Shown here piece by piece: positions 51,939-62,679 of a stretch of 64,000 bases of DNA. Position numbers and translations under genes: made by a program. The notes beneath the pieces were generated by a model. That model saw nothing but the letters and a program-made list of their open reading frames with translations, was not told the origin of the DNA and ran no database searches. This stretch comes from Clostridia bacterium (GTDB lineage: Bacteria; Bacillota; Clostridia; Oscillospirales; CAG-272), in NCBI GenBank assembly GCA_017481225.1, contig JAFUPM010000026.1, positions 8,418 to 72,417 of the forward strand, read 5' to 3'. Positions within the stretch are counted from its first letter, which is position 1. Each line of letters begins with the position of its first letter.

Positions 51939-52934
51939 TCAGTTAACAAAGCCAATCTTGCGTCTGACCTTGGACATAGTTTTGCGGGCGTAGTAGGCGG
52001 CTTCGTCGGCGCCCGATTTCATTACTGCCTCGAGGTGCGCCTTGTCTGCCATAAGGCGGGCGAACTCCTCTCTGACGGGCGCAAGACCGTCGGCACAGGC
52101 TTCGCCGACTGCGAGCTTGAAGTCACCGTAGCCGCGGCCTGCGAACTCGCGCTCTACCTCCTCGACGCTCTTGCCTGTGAAGGCGCCGTATATAGTAATA
52201 AGGTTGGATACGCCCGGCTTATCCTCGGAAAATCTAATCTCGGAGTCGGAGTCGGTTACTGCTTTCTTGAACTTGCGGATTATATCGTCCTTGGAGTCGA
52301 GGATATATACTACTGCGTTCTGGTTGGGGTCGGATTTAGACATCTTCGAGGTAGGCTCTGCCAAGGACATAATCTTCATAGTGTCGGTGGAAATGTAGCC
52401 CTCGGGAACGGTGAAGGTGTCGCCGTATATCTGATTGAAGCGCATCGCGATATCGCGGGAAAGCTCCAGGTGCTGCTTTTGGTCAATGCCTACGGGAACC
52501 AGGTCGGTCTGGTACAGAAGGATATCCGCCGCCATAAGGGAGGGGTAGGTGAAAAGACCTGCGTTAATATTCTGGGAGTGCTTTGCGCTCTTGTCTTTGA
52601 ACTGAGTCATTCTCGAAAGCTCGCCAAACATAGTGTAGCAGTCAAGAATCCAGCCAAGCTCTGCGTGGGCGGGGACGTGGGACTGTACGAAAAGGGTGTT
52701 TTTCTTCTCGTCGAGGCCGCAAGCCATATAAAGAGCGAGGGTCTCGTAGGTTCTCCTTCTAAGCTCTGCGGGTACCTGGCGCACCGTAATGGCGTGAAGG
52801 TCAACTACGCAGTAGAAGGTTTTGTAATCGTCGGAGAAGCGTGAGAAATTCTTGATAGCTCCGAGGTAATTTCCTATGGTAAGGTTTCCCGAGGGCTGAA
52901 CGCCCGAGAAAACTATTTTCTTATCCTGTATCAT
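51939..52934 (-). CDS. trpS: Tryptophan--tRNA ligase
   Basis: This 331-aa protein has a HIGH-region variant (GVQPSGNLTIGNYLG) and the KMSKS motif. Confidence 0.95.
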   Translation of the reverse strand: MIQDKKIVFSGVQPSGNLTIGNYLGAIKNFSRFSDDYKTFYCVVDLHAITVRQVPAELRRRTYETLALYMACGLDEKKNTLFVQSHVPAHAELGWILDCYTMFGELSRMTQFKDKSAKHSQNINAGLFTYPSLMAADILLYQTDLVPVGIDQKQHLELSRDIAMRFNQIYGDTFTVPEGYISTDTMKIMSLAEPTSKMSKSDPNQNAVVYILDSKDDIIRKFKKAVTDSDSEIRFSEDKPGVSNLITIYGAFTGKSVEEVEREFAGRGYGDFKLAVGEACADGLAPVREEFARLMADKAHLEAVMKSGADEAAYYARKTMSKVRRKIGFVN

Positions 52935-52974
52935 TGTAGGTCCTTTCCTTTGTAAAGAAAATCTTATAGGTTAG

Positions 52975-53003
52975 ATTATACACTTACCGAGGCACTTTGT
53001 CAA
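52975..53003 (-). promoter_or_regulatory. Sigma-A promoter TTGACA-17-TATAAT for trpS (short leader, no T-box)
   Basis: On the minus strand TTGACA lies at 53003-52998 and TATAAT at 52980-52975. Confidence 0.55.
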
Positions 53004-53261
53004 GTAAAAGTTGGTAAAGCGAAATAAATAAAAGCAATATAACAATGAAAGGTGCTTTTGTGGGCGGAGTAAGTGTCTCAAATTTGGACTTATCGGTGAA
53101 CAAAGAGCTTTCTCATTCGCATATTCAAGTCTTGCCTTCGCCGCACAAAATATGTTTTGGAGAGCTATATTGGCGTTGGGCAGCACCCGTGGAGTAGGAT
53201 AGCTGAATATGAATTGTACGGAATATGACGAAAAAAGCGTGAGTGATTACTTGTGTAAATT

Positions 53262-54278
53262 CTATTCGCTAAGGTCCTTGAGGCAGTAGAATTGGGAGTA
53301 GGCGCGAGAGCCCTCGCCGTCCTCAATTTTAATTCTGAAGCCGTCCTCGTTTTCGCGGAGCTTGAAGGTGGCACAGCTTAACGTCTCGCCCTTTGCTGCG
53401 CGCTTAGATTCGGAGCGTCTGCCTCGGGTGACAAGGGAAATAGCGCGGCAGGGAGAGCATTCAACATTCACTATAGCCCCGTCAAGGGTGATAGAATAAA
53501 GCTCGGGGCCCTGCGATGCGTAAAAGTCGCCTCTCTCCAGTGCGGAAATGATGCCCCGGTAGGAGAGCGTGTCCGAATTTATCATAACGAAGCTTCCGAA
53601 GGAGTCGGAATATGGGGAGTCCAAGGGGTGGCGGTTATGGTTATCGTCGGAGGCTGTGCAAAAAACTCTTTTGCCTGCAAGCAGCAGCTCCGCGAAGGCT
53701 GCCTCATCGTCCTGCAAACCCTTAATCAGCGACCCCGTGTTGAGAATTTCCACAAAATCTATTCCTTCATAGCCCAGATATTGCTCCGCTGATTCAAGGG
53801 ACCAGCCCGGGTGATTGTAGCATACGAGGAACCCTGCCTCGTGGGCGCGCCTCGTGATATCGCTGATACCCTCCTTTGAATATACGCGCTCGTATTCGCC
53901 GTCGTATCGGATTTTGCCTTCAACGTGGTAATTTATGAAGTGGTCGTATTTTGACGAATAGCAGGGAGTCAGGGTGTTGTGGGGGTCCTTCGCGTAAAGG
54001 CAAAGGTGAGTTGCCCGCATCAGAGGGTGGGTTAAGGTTGAGCCCTCGGGAAGCTCCTTTATTGCAATCTCGCAGGCTGTGATAGCAACGAAGTTTTCGT
54101 CCGTAAGATGAGAATTATCAATCAGATGCTCGTGGTCGGAGAAGGCAACCGCGGAGTAGCCTCGGCGCATATACTCCTCCTTGATTTTCTCGGGAGAGAG
54201 ACGTCCGTCGGAGTTGGTTGTATGGCAATGAAGGTTCGCCTTATAGAAGCCCTTCGATTTATCAATCAGAGTAATCAT
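53262..54278 (-). CDS. PHP-domain metal-dependent phosphoesterase (CehA/McbA-like)
   Basis: The N-terminus ANLHCHTTNSDG..AFSDHEH is the PHP motif I/II pattern. The protein is 338 aa long. Confidence 0.7.
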   Translation of the reverse strand: MITLIDKSKGFYKANLHCHTTNSDGRLSPEKIKEEYMRRGYSAVAFSDHEHLIDNSHLTDENFVAITACEIAIKELPEGSTLTHPLMRATHLCLYAKDPHNTLTPCYSSKYDHFINYHVEGKIRYDGEYERVYSKEGISDITRRAHEAGFLVCYNHPGWSLESAEQYLGYEGIDFVEILNTGSLIKGLQDDEAAFAELLLAGKRVFCTASDDNHNRHPLDSPYSDSFGSFVMINSDTLSYRGIISALERGDFYASQGPELYSITLDGAIVNVECSPCRAISLVTRGRRSESKRAAKGETLSCATFKLRENEDGFRIKIEDGEGSRAYSQFYCLKDLSE

Positions 54279-54659
54279 TGCTTTTGCCTTTCGGTGCGTT
54301 TTTCGCTTTCGTAATAAGCTGTGGTTTTCCTTGCAGAAAACGCGATTTCGTTTTTCTGTATAAGAGCTGCGGTCTGCTTTGCTTTGCTCTTAAATTATAA
54401 CATTTTTCCCGCGGAAATTCAAGAAGAAAAAGGGCTTTTTGGCTGCCGTTATAAAAAATTCACACATTTCGGTTAAAAATTTTTGAGTTATCCTCGGTTT
54501 TTCTATTACTCGTTCACAATTTATTTATAATTATATGATATACTAGGAGGGTGAATTTTCTGGGTGGGGGAAATTGTACCCTGCCGCAGGGCGAGCTTAC
54601 GCCCAACAGTCACTACCAAGTAAAGAAAGGCCATACGCGAGTATGGAAAGGGTAATATA

Positions 54660-55625
54660 ATGGTAAAGGCGGAAAATCTTGTTAAAAGATACGGCTCAAA
54701 CTACGCGTTAAACGACGTCAGCTTTGAGATTGGCGCAGGTGAAATAGTCGGTCTGCTTGGCCCTAACGGCGCAGGTAAGAGTACGGCTATGAATATACTT
54801 ACGGGTTATCTGTCCTCCACCTCGGGGGCGGCGTACATCAACGGTATAAACATACTCGATAACCCCATAGAGGCTAAAAAATACATAGGCTTCCTCCCCG
54901 AGCAGCCACCCGTTTACGGAGAGATGACCGTAAGGGAGTACTTAGATTTCGTATACGAGCTGAAGAAGGTGGAGTTCGACAGAGAAGCCCACATAAAAGA
55001 AATACTCTCGGTGGTTAAGCTCACCGACGTAAAGGACAGGCTCATAAAGAACCTCTCTAAGGGCTACAAGCAGAGAGTGGGTATAGCTCAGGCTCTTATT
55101 GGCGACCCTAAGGTGGTTATTTTCGACGAGCCCACGGTTGGACTTGACCCGAAACAGATACTTGAGGTCAGAAATCTTATCCGTAACCTGGGTAAGCGTC
55201 ATACCGTCATTCTTTCGACACACATTCTTGCCGAGGTGCAGGCGGTGTGCGAGAGAGTTATCATTATCAACAAGGGTAGGATTATCGCCGACGAGCGCGT
55301 GGACGAGCTTACCAAAACCATAGAGGACGGCTATCAGCACGAGGTAAGGATAGTCGGTACATCCTCCGCCGTGCTGCCCGCTTTGAAAAGGATTAGCGGA
55401 GTGCGCTCGGCAGAGCAGCTCTCGGGCAGGGACGGGGATGCCTTTATCTACGCCGTGGAGTCGGCAGGAAGCTCCGACGTCCGTCGCTCCGTATTTAACG
55501 TGTGCGCGCAGAACGGCTGGCCTATGGTTGGGCTTGCTCCCGTTGGCGGCGACCTTGAATCCATATTCATAAGACTAGTAGACAAATCCGACCGCAAAAT
55601 TTCAGGCGGCAAAACCGAAAGATAA
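54660..55625 (+). CDS. ABC transporter ATP-binding protein (ABC-2 / GldA-like)
   Basis: Walker A GPNGAGKST, the signature LSKGYKQR and Walker B VVIFDEP are present in this 321-aa protein. Confidence 0.9.
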   Translation: MVKAENLVKRYGSNYALNDVSFEIGAGEIVGLLGPNGAGKSTAMNILTGYLSSTSGAAYINGINILDNPIEAKKYIGFLPEQPPVYGEMTVREYLDFVYELKKVEFDREAHIKEILSVVKLTDVKDRLIKNLSKGYKQRVGIAQALIGDPKVVIFDEPTVGLDPKQILEVRNLIRNLGKRHTVILSTHILAEVQAVCERVIIINKGRIIADERVDELTKTIEDGYQHEVRIVGTSSAVLPALKRISGVRSAEQLSGRDGDAFIYAVESAGSSDVRRSVFNVCAQNGWPMVGLAPVGGDLESIFIRLVDKSDRKISGGKTER

Positions 55626-55636
55626 GGAGAAAAAAG

Positions 55637-56344
55637 ATGCTTGCAATATTTAAAAGAGAGCTTCGCGGCTACTTCACGGGAGTAATAGGCTACGTATTTC
55701 TGGTTCTGTTCCTCGCCGTTGCGGGAATTATATTCTCCTATACCACGCTGTTTTCCATGACGGCGGATTCCACCTCCTACTTCACGGCAATGCTTCTTTT
55801 CTCGGCTATTATACTTCCCATACTTACAATGAAGTCGTTCAGTGAAGAAAGAAAGACTAAAACCGAGCAGCTTCTGCTCACCTCTCCCGTTTCCATACCC
55901 TCTATGGTTATGGGCAAATTCCTTGCCTCCTACGTAATGTTCGCAGGCGCGCTTATTTTCACCTCCCTTTATTTCCTCCTCCTTTTGCCCTATGCGGCGA
56001 TAAAGTGGGCGGTTATAGTGGGTAACGTTATCGCCCTTCTGCTGGTAGGTATGGTATTTATTGCTATCGGACTTTTCGTCTCGGCTCTTACGGAAAACCA
56101 GCTCTCGGCTGCCGTCGGCACCATAGCGATAATCTTCGCCCTCCTCGGCATCAGCCTTCTGACAAGCCTTGTTCCCTCCAACTATTGGATAAGATTTGTG
56201 CTTGACGCAATTTCGATTTTCACAAGATTCCATAGCTTCACCAACGGCTACTTCGAGCTTTCCTCGCTGGTATACTATATTTCCGCTGCCGCTCTGTTTA
56301 TCTACTTTACAATTCGCGTATACGACCGCAGAAGATACAACTGA
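55637..56344 (+). CDS. ABC-2 family permease (GldF-like)
   Basis: This 235-aa protein has ~6 TM helices and the N-terminus FKRELRGYFTGVIGYVF, typical of ABC-2 permeases. It lies 11 nt after the ATPase gene. Confidence 0.8.
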   Translation: MLAIFKRELRGYFTGVIGYVFLVLFLAVAGIIFSYTTLFSMTADSTSYFTAMLLFSAIILPILTMKSFSEERKTKTEQLLLTSPVSIPSMVMGKFLASYVMFAGALIFTSLYFLLLLPYAAIKWAVIVGNVIALLLVGMVFIAIGLFVSALTENQLSAAVGTIAIIFALLGISLLTSLVPSNYWIRFVLDAISIFTRFHSFTNGYFELSSLVYYISAAALFIYFTIRVYDRRRYN

Positions 56345-56359
56345 TAGAAGGATAAAAAG

Positions 56360-57895
56360 ATGAATAATTTCAAACAAAAGTTTACATCCTTCCTGCGCGG
56401 ACGTAATTTTGCCTCGGGATTGCTTGTGGCAATTATTATCGCGGCGGTTGTGTTTGTAAACGTAATATGCTATACTCTCAGCTCCTACTTCGAGCTGTAT
56501 CTCTACGTGCCCGAGGAGCCCGACTTCTCTATAAGCGACACCTTCTCCGAGGTGTTCGAGAGGGCGAGCGACGAGGGAGGCAAGAGAGTAACCGTCACCT
56601 TCTGTAAAAGCGAGGACGAGGTTATAGCCGACAGCACGGGCAGCTACGTAAGAGAGACTGCTCTCCGCTTTAAGGAGAAGTACCCCGAGCTTATAACAAT
56701 CAGATATATAAACCTCATAACCAAGTACGATTGCAACACCGGCGAGGACGTCGCCGACGAGCTTGAGATATACAAAAAGGATATGAAGGGCAAGGATAAC
56801 GTCCTTCATAACACCTCCGTCATCTTCAGCACCGACACCTCTTGGAGAGTTATGACGGGTATCGTTTCGGGAGTTGGCTACGCCGACTTCTACACCCTTA
56901 ATTCGAGCTACTACATCACCTCCTATAACGGCGAGGAGAAGTTCGCGTCTATGGTTGCCTGGGTTCTTAACGACAACCACGGCACAGCCTACTTCACCAT
57001 AGGTCACGGCGAGTCCGCAAGCCCCGAGCTTAACAGCGTTCTCACCTGTGCGGGCTACTACGTTTCAACCCTGAACCTTAAGGACAGCTCGCTGACCTCT
57101 GTTCCCGAGGACGCGGAGCTTATAATAATTTCCAATCCCACAACCGATATAGAGCGCGGAAAAGGCTCGGGCGTTATTGCCGAATACGAGCTTATAAAGA
57201 GCTACACCGAGGGCGGCGGAGATATCTTCGTCACCGTTGACCCCTACGCAAAGCGGCTTCCTAACCTCTATTCTCTCCTTGAGGAGTACGGAATATCCGT
57301 AAAGAAAACCGAGGGGGGTGAGATGCAGACGGTTAAGGATATGAACAACGCCATTACCACCGACGGCTTCACTCTCGTTTGCGAGCTTGACGGGTCGGAG
57401 GACAATACCGTGGCGCGGGATATGGAGGCGAAAATCGACAGCCTCGGCGGCAGCGTTATACTTAAGGACGTGGCTCCCCTTGCTCTGTCGGGCTCGGCAA
57501 AGCCTCTGCTCGTTACCTCTCCCACCTCCGAGTGCTACGCAGGCGGTGCCGTCGTAGACAGCGAGGGCTCATACCCCATAGCGGCTTACTCCACCCACGT
57601 TGGTGACAGCGGCAAAACCTCGGGGCTATTCTTTATCCCCAGTGTCTACCTTACCGCAACCGACGCTATGGTAACCAACGGATATGCAAACAAGGACTTC
57701 GTTTATTCTCTGCTCGACGTATTCTTCGAGAGGGGAGATATGCCCTACGGAACCAACAGTATAGTTTATAACACGGGGCTGCTCGAAAACCTTACTATGG
57801 GAACGGCCAAGATATACACGGCTCTGCTCCTTAGTGTGCCTGCAATACTCGGTGTGTTCGGCGCAGTAATGCTTATCAGAAGAAAGAACAGGTAA
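56360..57895 (+). CDS. GldG-like ABC-transporter auxiliary protein, paralogue 1
   Basis: This 511-aa protein has an N-terminal TM helix, a large extracytoplasmic body and a C-terminal TM helix with a basic tail (LIRRKNR). This architecture is typical of the ABC_transp_aux/GldG family. The assignment rests on architecture and context. Confidence 0.6.
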   Translation: MNNFKQKFTSFLRGRNFASGLLVAIIIAAVVFVNVICYTLSSYFELYLYVPEEPDFSISDTFSEVFERASDEGGKRVTVTFCKSEDEVIADSTGSYVRETALRFKEKYPELITIRYINLITKYDCNTGEDVADELEIYKKDMKGKDNVLHNTSVIFSTDTSWRVMTGIVSGVGYADFYTLNSSYYITSYNGEEKFASMVAWVLNDNHGTAYFTIGHGESASPELNSVLTCAGYYVSTLNLKDSSLTSVPEDAELIIISNPTTDIERGKGSGVIAEYELIKSYTEGGGDIFVTVDPYAKRLPNLYSLLEEYGISVKKTEGGEMQTVKDMNNAITTDGFTLVCELDGSEDNTVARDMEAKIDSLGGSVILKDVAPLALSGSAKPLLVTSPTSECYAGGAVVDSEGSYPIAAYSTHVGDSGKTSGLFFIPSVYLTATDAMVTNGYANKDFVYSLLDVFFERGDMPYGTNSIVYNTGLLENLTMGTAKIYTALLLSVPAILGVFGAVMLIRRKNR

Positions 57896-57904
57896 AATTA
57901 AGAT

Positions 57905-59605
57905 ATGAAATTCAAAAAGTTTCTCAGGGGAGGGACGGGCAAAGCCACCCTCGCGGCCGTCACGGCTGCGGTAGTCGCGGTGCTGCTCGGTCTGAACCTT
58001 GTGCTGACCTATTTCGGAGTACAAAAGCTTTTGTATATAGATATGACTCCCGAGAGCTTCTACACCGTAAGCGACGAGATGGCAAAGCATACCTCGTTTA
58101 TAAACGAGCTTAAGGACGATGACAGAAGGATAACCATAACCTTCTGCTCCGACCCCGACGTGCTTATGGCAAGCCAGATAACAAGGCTTACCTATTTCCT
58201 CGCTCTCGGACTTGAGAATATGTACGACAGAGTGGACGTGGAAACGGTGAACGTTGCCTATAACCCCACAGCCGTGTCAAAATATAAGGCTACCTCTCTT
58301 ACCGATATCGCTCCGACGGATATTATAATTTCCTACGGCGACAGATACAGAGTAATAGGCGCAAATGCCCTTTGGGTCAGCGATAGCGAGGATAACCTTT
58401 ATTCCTACAACGGCGAGTACAGAATGACCTCTATACTTATGTCCGTAACTGCGAAAAACCGCCCCGCGGCGTACTTCGTGACCAACCACGGCGAAACCTA
58501 CTATGACAGTGAAAATCCCTCTCGCGAGGAGAACGAGGCGGCAAGAGAGCTGTACTACCTTCTCTCTGACAGAGGACTTGCGGTGAAAACCTGGGACCTC
58601 TCACGCGAGGGCGACGTTCCCGAGGATTGCGTGCTGCTTATAATCAACAATCCGAAAACCGACTTTGAGGTAGACGAAACACAGCTTGGCTCCTTCTCCT
58701 ATATTTCGGAGACCGAGAAGCTGGACAGATATCTCGTTATGGAGCAGGGCTCTATTATGGTTGCGGCTGACCCCGCAAGCCTGCAGAAGATGCCCGCCTT
58801 CAACAGCTTCCTCTACGAGTGGGGATTCGATATCTCGGGCAGTGTTGTTGTTGACGATGAGTATTATATGGCAACCGACGACGGCTCACACACCAAAATA
58901 TTCGGCGCATACGACACCGACGAGGCGAGCTACGGTATGGCGATTTACGAGAATTTCGCAACCCTTCCCAGCGCACCTCTTATGGCGTTCTCGAATACGG
59001 GCTACATTAACTGCTCCTTCGGTCCCTCCGGGGGCGGAAACGAGGACGGCAGCGTTTCCATAGACAGAAATTACGCGCCCTTCTTCTACTCCTCAGACGT
59101 GGCGAAGGCGAAGGAGACGGATACGGACGGTATTCTTACCGACAACGTCACCCACGACGCAGCCCGCAAGGGACGAATGGACCTTTCCGCCGTTACCACA
59201 AGAATGAAGATTGACCAATATACCGGCGAATACCAATATTCCTACGTTTTCTGCACACCCAGCGGTGACGCCTTCTCCAACGATATACTCGGCGAGGCGT
59301 CCTACGCGAACTTTGACGTTATGTCCGCCCTCGTTGAGAATATTTCAAGAATTGACGAGCACGCGTCTTTGGAGCTTGGCGGAGTATCTATGAACTCTGA
59401 GAAGCTCGGCGGAAAGCCCTTCCTGGTTCAGACAATTCTCGAGACGAATACCACCGAATACAACTCGGACACTATGGAGGAGGAGATTATCCTTCGCGGA
59501 CTTAATTCCTCCAGCCGTACCGTTCTTACGGTTCTGGTTATGCTCGCACCCGCCCTGGTGCTTGCTCTTGGCATCTTCGTCCGCACAAAGCGCAAATTCA
59601 GATAA
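57905..59605 (+). CDS. GldG-like ABC-transporter auxiliary protein, paralogue 2
   Basis: This 566-aa protein has the same N-TM/C-TM architecture (VRTKRKFR tail). It lies 9 nt after paralogue 1. Confidence 0.55.
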   Translation: MKFKKFLRGGTGKATLAAVTAAVVAVLLGLNLVLTYFGVQKLLYIDMTPESFYTVSDEMAKHTSFINELKDDDRRITITFCSDPDVLMASQITRLTYFLALGLENMYDRVDVETVNVAYNPTAVSKYKATSLTDIAPTDIIISYGDRYRVIGANALWVSDSEDNLYSYNGEYRMTSILMSVTAKNRPAAYFVTNHGETYYDSENPSREENEAARELYYLLSDRGLAVKTWDLSREGDVPEDCVLLIINNPKTDFEVDETQLGSFSYISETEKLDRYLVMEQGSIMVAADPASLQKMPAFNSFLYEWGFDISGSVVVDDEYYMATDDGSHTKIFGAYDTDEASYGMAIYENFATLPSAPLMAFSNTGYINCSFGPSGGGNEDGSVSIDRNYAPFFYSSDVAKAKETDTDGILTDNVTHDAARKGRMDLSAVTTRMKIDQYTGEYQYSYVFCTPSGDAFSNDILGEASYANFDVMSALVENISRIDEHASLELGGVSMNSEKLGGKPFLVQTILETNTTEYNSDTMEEEIILRGLNSSSRTVLTVLVMLAPALVLALGIFVRTKRKFR

Positions 59606-59617
59606 GGAGGCGGAGAA

Positions 59618-62545
59618 GTGATACAGAAAAAACAAAAAAAGCTTACACCTAAGCAGCTGAGTACTGTTATAGCCGCCTCGGTGCTTGTCTTTCTCATAAT
59701 TCTCTACGCCTCGGTTTCGGCAATTATCGGAGCCCTTGAGGCGAAGGGAGAGGATGACGGCGGCAAGGTCGGGCCCGAAATTATCGAGAGCATAGGCGAG
59801 TCCACCTATGCGGGTCAGGCTGTCGCTTATCCTCACTTCAGAGAGAACGCCGTACAGAACCTCGACGGTGAATATACCGACGAGGACGGCGTGAAGCAGA
59901 ACTTCGGCGCAATAAGATATGACCTTGGAGTTGGCAAGGCTGACCCGAAGAAGGACTTTATCTTCTACTACACCGACGCTTATAACAACCGCGAAATTTA
60001 CCTGCCGCCTATCGTTTACGCGGAGGAGGATTTCAATTACACCTCGCTTTACGGAACCGATAATTCTATCGGCTACGACGTCTACAAGCTCACCTATATG
60101 ATGGTGGCTGTCGGCGCGCTTTACTTCGACGAGAGAATGCCCCTGCCTGCCGAGGGCGCGGAGAGGGAGAGAGCCCTTAACCGCTACGGCCTTGGGGAAG
60201 GCGAGAGAAAAACCATAACGGTTACCGTTCTTGACGGGGAGGAGAATACCGTCACCCGAACCATTCACGTGGGCGACCTTGCCATTGACGGCTCGGGCTA
60301 TTACTTCACTATCGAGGGAAGAGATTATATTTACAACTCTCTTTCCACAAACTTCAGCTACGTTCTCAACGGATTTGTGTCGCTTATAAGCTCCAGGCTT
60401 ATCGCGCAGGGCAGAATTGAGAACAAGACCTGGGAGCCCTACTACACCACCGATTTAAAGCAGTGGAAGAACACTCTCCACGATAACGAGGGCGACGTAG
60501 TACCCACCGATAAGGACGCCGCGGTTATCGTCAAGGGCTCGAGCGCTGTTTCTCTGTACGGCGTAGGACTCTGGGAGAACTTAGACGAGGGCGGCAACGG
60601 ATACGGCTTAAGTAATAACCGAGAGCTTACTCTCCGACTGAACTCAAAGACTGCGGATACGGTTGCCGCCGTGCTTCGCGGCGCGAAAATCAAGGACGCG
60701 GGCTGGCAGAGCGTGACGGTGACGGATATCGTCAACTCCAACTTTGTCTCCGACGGAGCAAGGTACACCTACACCATTCGCGCTATTGAATCCCACTTCA
60801 CCGACAGAGAGGACATTACCGACAATACGGCTGCCGTTGGTGATTCGAGATACGTTAAGGTGACCTACGACTACACCGTACAGACCGATGAAAGCGCCGA
60901 GGCTTACACCTCTGCTCACGCGGTTATAGATATGCAAAAACTCAACACGGGTATACCCCAAGAGGTGATTTCCGCCATAAAGGGTATGACCGTCGGCACT
61001 CTTGCGGAGCCTTTGGAGTTTGACGTGACCTATACCGAGAATAACGCGGATAAGGTTACCTACACCTACGTTGTCAAGGACATAGTCCAGATATTCGCGC
61101 CCACCTCCACGGGCGGATACGCCGAGGCTGAAACCATAGGTCCCGCATCTCTTGTAAGCTACTCCTACGCCCTGGTTCTTGACGGGGTGGAGCTTGAAGC
61201 GGCAAGCGGTATGATAGACCTTTCGCAGATTGAGGACGGCGGTATTAACGGAGCTATCAAGGCGTCGCTTATGGGAAAGAAGGTCGGTCTTGGCCAGAAT
61301 ATTGAAGCCTACAAGGGTCCCTTCCTCCTTCAGAGCTTTATGGACTTCGTTTCCTACGACATTGACTCCGTTGAGTATTACGTCACGGAGGAGCTTATTA
61401 CCTCACTTGAGTTTGTCAACGCATCGGAGAGAGAGGCCTTCTACGGAGAGTCGCTCTACAAGAACACCCTCACGGGCGGATACAGCATATACGCCCTTGA
61501 CTCCACTGCCAGCGAGGCGGTTGCAAGACTCCTCGGCGGTATCAGCATCGACTCCTCCTCCACTACCTCGGAGGGACTTGTGGGTACTGAGACCGTGGCG
61601 GTTGGACTTACCCCCGCAAATATGAAGAAGTACGGCTTGTATAAAAATACAATCTACTTCGAGGTTCCCAGAACCATAACGCCTATTAAATCCACCTCGG
61701 GAAATGACGTTTACGATTACTTCTTAGACGACAGGCTTGGCTCTACTCTCTATATCAGCGACGAGCTTGCAGACGGCTCAAGATACGTGGGCTCGGATAT
61801 GTACGACGTAATAGCGAAGGTTTCCGACGAGAGATGGGCGTTCCTCGATATGAGCTTCGTTGACTATTGGGCGAGGAAAACTCTTGCCGCCGTCAGCTAC
61901 TCGGATATCGAGAGAATAGAGCTTGGCTTCTATATGGACGACATTTACGGCGAGTATAACTTCCGTGTGGACCATAACGAGAAGTATATTTACGACGGTA
62001 AGCTCTACGATACTATGCCCGAGGAGGGCGGTCAGGCGTACGACCAGGTTGACGTAAAGGTATCGGTAAGCGACAACGCGTCCGACACTCTCGTTAAGCG
62101 GCTGCTTGACTATGCGGGAGAGAAGGAAATATCCCTTACGAACGTATACTTACACAAGTGGTCGTACTACGATTCTCTCGGCACGGAGAACTTCAAGACT
62201 ATGCTTTCCGTAATATTCAATACTCATTACACGGGCACCTTCAGCGACCTTACAAAGGAGGAGACGGCTGCTCTTAAGGAGAACGGAAGGCTTGCTATGC
62301 GCTTTGCCTTCAAGATAAAGGGCGAGGCGTTAACCTACGGCTACGACTTCTACAGAATAGACGACAGACGCTATATGGTTTCTCTTTACAGAGAGAGCCC
62401 CTCGGGCACGAGAACGGAGGAGGTTCACGACTTCTATATCTCCGCCTTTGCCTTCAAGAAAATTGCTCGCAGCTATCTCTCGCTTCTTAACGGAGAGGAG
62501 ATTGACGAGGACGAGGGCTACCCCAAAATTTCAGCGGCGCAGTAA
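59618..62545 (+). CDS. Large membrane-anchored extracytoplasmic protein (975 aa), possibly DUF4340-like
   Basis: The gene starts at GTG with an AAGGAGG RBS. It has a single N-terminal TM helix. It occupies the position usually taken by a DUF4340 protein downstream of gldG-like genes. No motif was verified. Confidence 0.5.
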   Translation: MIQKKQKKLTPKQLSTVIAASVLVFLIILYASVSAIIGALEAKGEDDGGKVGPEIIESIGESTYAGQAVAYPHFRENAVQNLDGEYTDEDGVKQNFGAIRYDLGVGKADPKKDFIFYYTDAYNNREIYLPPIVYAEEDFNYTSLYGTDNSIGYDVYKLTYMMVAVGALYFDERMPLPAEGAERERALNRYGLGEGERKTITVTVLDGEENTVTRTIHVGDLAIDGSGYYFTIEGRDYIYNSLSTNFSYVLNGFVSLISSRLIAQGRIENKTWEPYYTTDLKQWKNTLHDNEGDVVPTDKDAAVIVKGSSAVSLYGVGLWENLDEGGNGYGLSNNRELTLRLNSKTADTVAAVLRGAKIKDAGWQSVTVTDIVNSNFVSDGARYTYTIRAIESHFTDREDITDNTAAVGDSRYVKVTYDYTVQTDESAEAYTSAHAVIDMQKLNTGIPQEVISAIKGMTVGTLAEPLEFDVTYTENNADKVTYTYVVKDIVQIFAPTSTGGYAEAETIGPASLVSYSYALVLDGVELEAASGMIDLSQIEDGGINGAIKASLMGKKVGLGQNIEAYKGPFLLQSFMDFVSYDIDSVEYYVTEELITSLEFVNASEREAFYGESLYKNTLTGGYSIYALDSTASEAVARLLGGISIDSSSTTSEGLVGTETVAVGLTPANMKKYGLYKNTIYFEVPRTITPIKSTSGNDVYDYFLDDRLGSTLYISDELADGSRYVGSDMYDVIAKVSDERWAFLDMSFVDYWARKTLAAVSYSDIERIELGFYMDDIYGEYNFRVDHNEKYIYDGKLYDTMPEEGGQAYDQVDVKVSVSDNASDTLVKRLLDYAGEKEISLTNVYLHKWSYYDSLGTENFKTMLSVIFNTHYTGTFSDLTKEETAALKENGRLAMRFAFKIKGEALTYGYDFYRIDDRRYMVSLYRESPSGTRTEEVHDFYISAFAFKKIARSYLSLLNGEEIDEDEGYPKISAAQ

Positions 62546-62679
62546 GGATTTTGCATTATTTTAAAAAATATTAAAAAAACATTTGCATTTTCCGAATGTA
62601 TATGCTATAATATCTTTGTTTAAATATAAGCGCGGGTGCGCTCGCGCTTTGATAAAATAAAACTTTTGAGGAAGAGAAA

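Noticed and set aside
52935-53261. An expected T-box leader upstream of trpS.
   Set aside because: A canonical TTGACA-17-TATAAT promoter sits only ~40 nt from the ATG. I could find no T-box sequence (GGTGGTACCGCG-like) or specifier/antiterminator architecture on the minus strand.
55448-57007. Long antisense ORFs: 519 aa here, plus 59345-60268, 62620-63762, 32053-32928, 7240-8175, 51930-52844, 44878-45780, 33402-34115 and 44-532.
   Set aside because: Each one I checked is codon-aligned antisense to a well-supported gene, with start/end offsets that are multiples of 3. This is a codon-bias artefact, not overlapping genes. The bias itself is genome-wide and not specific to a system.
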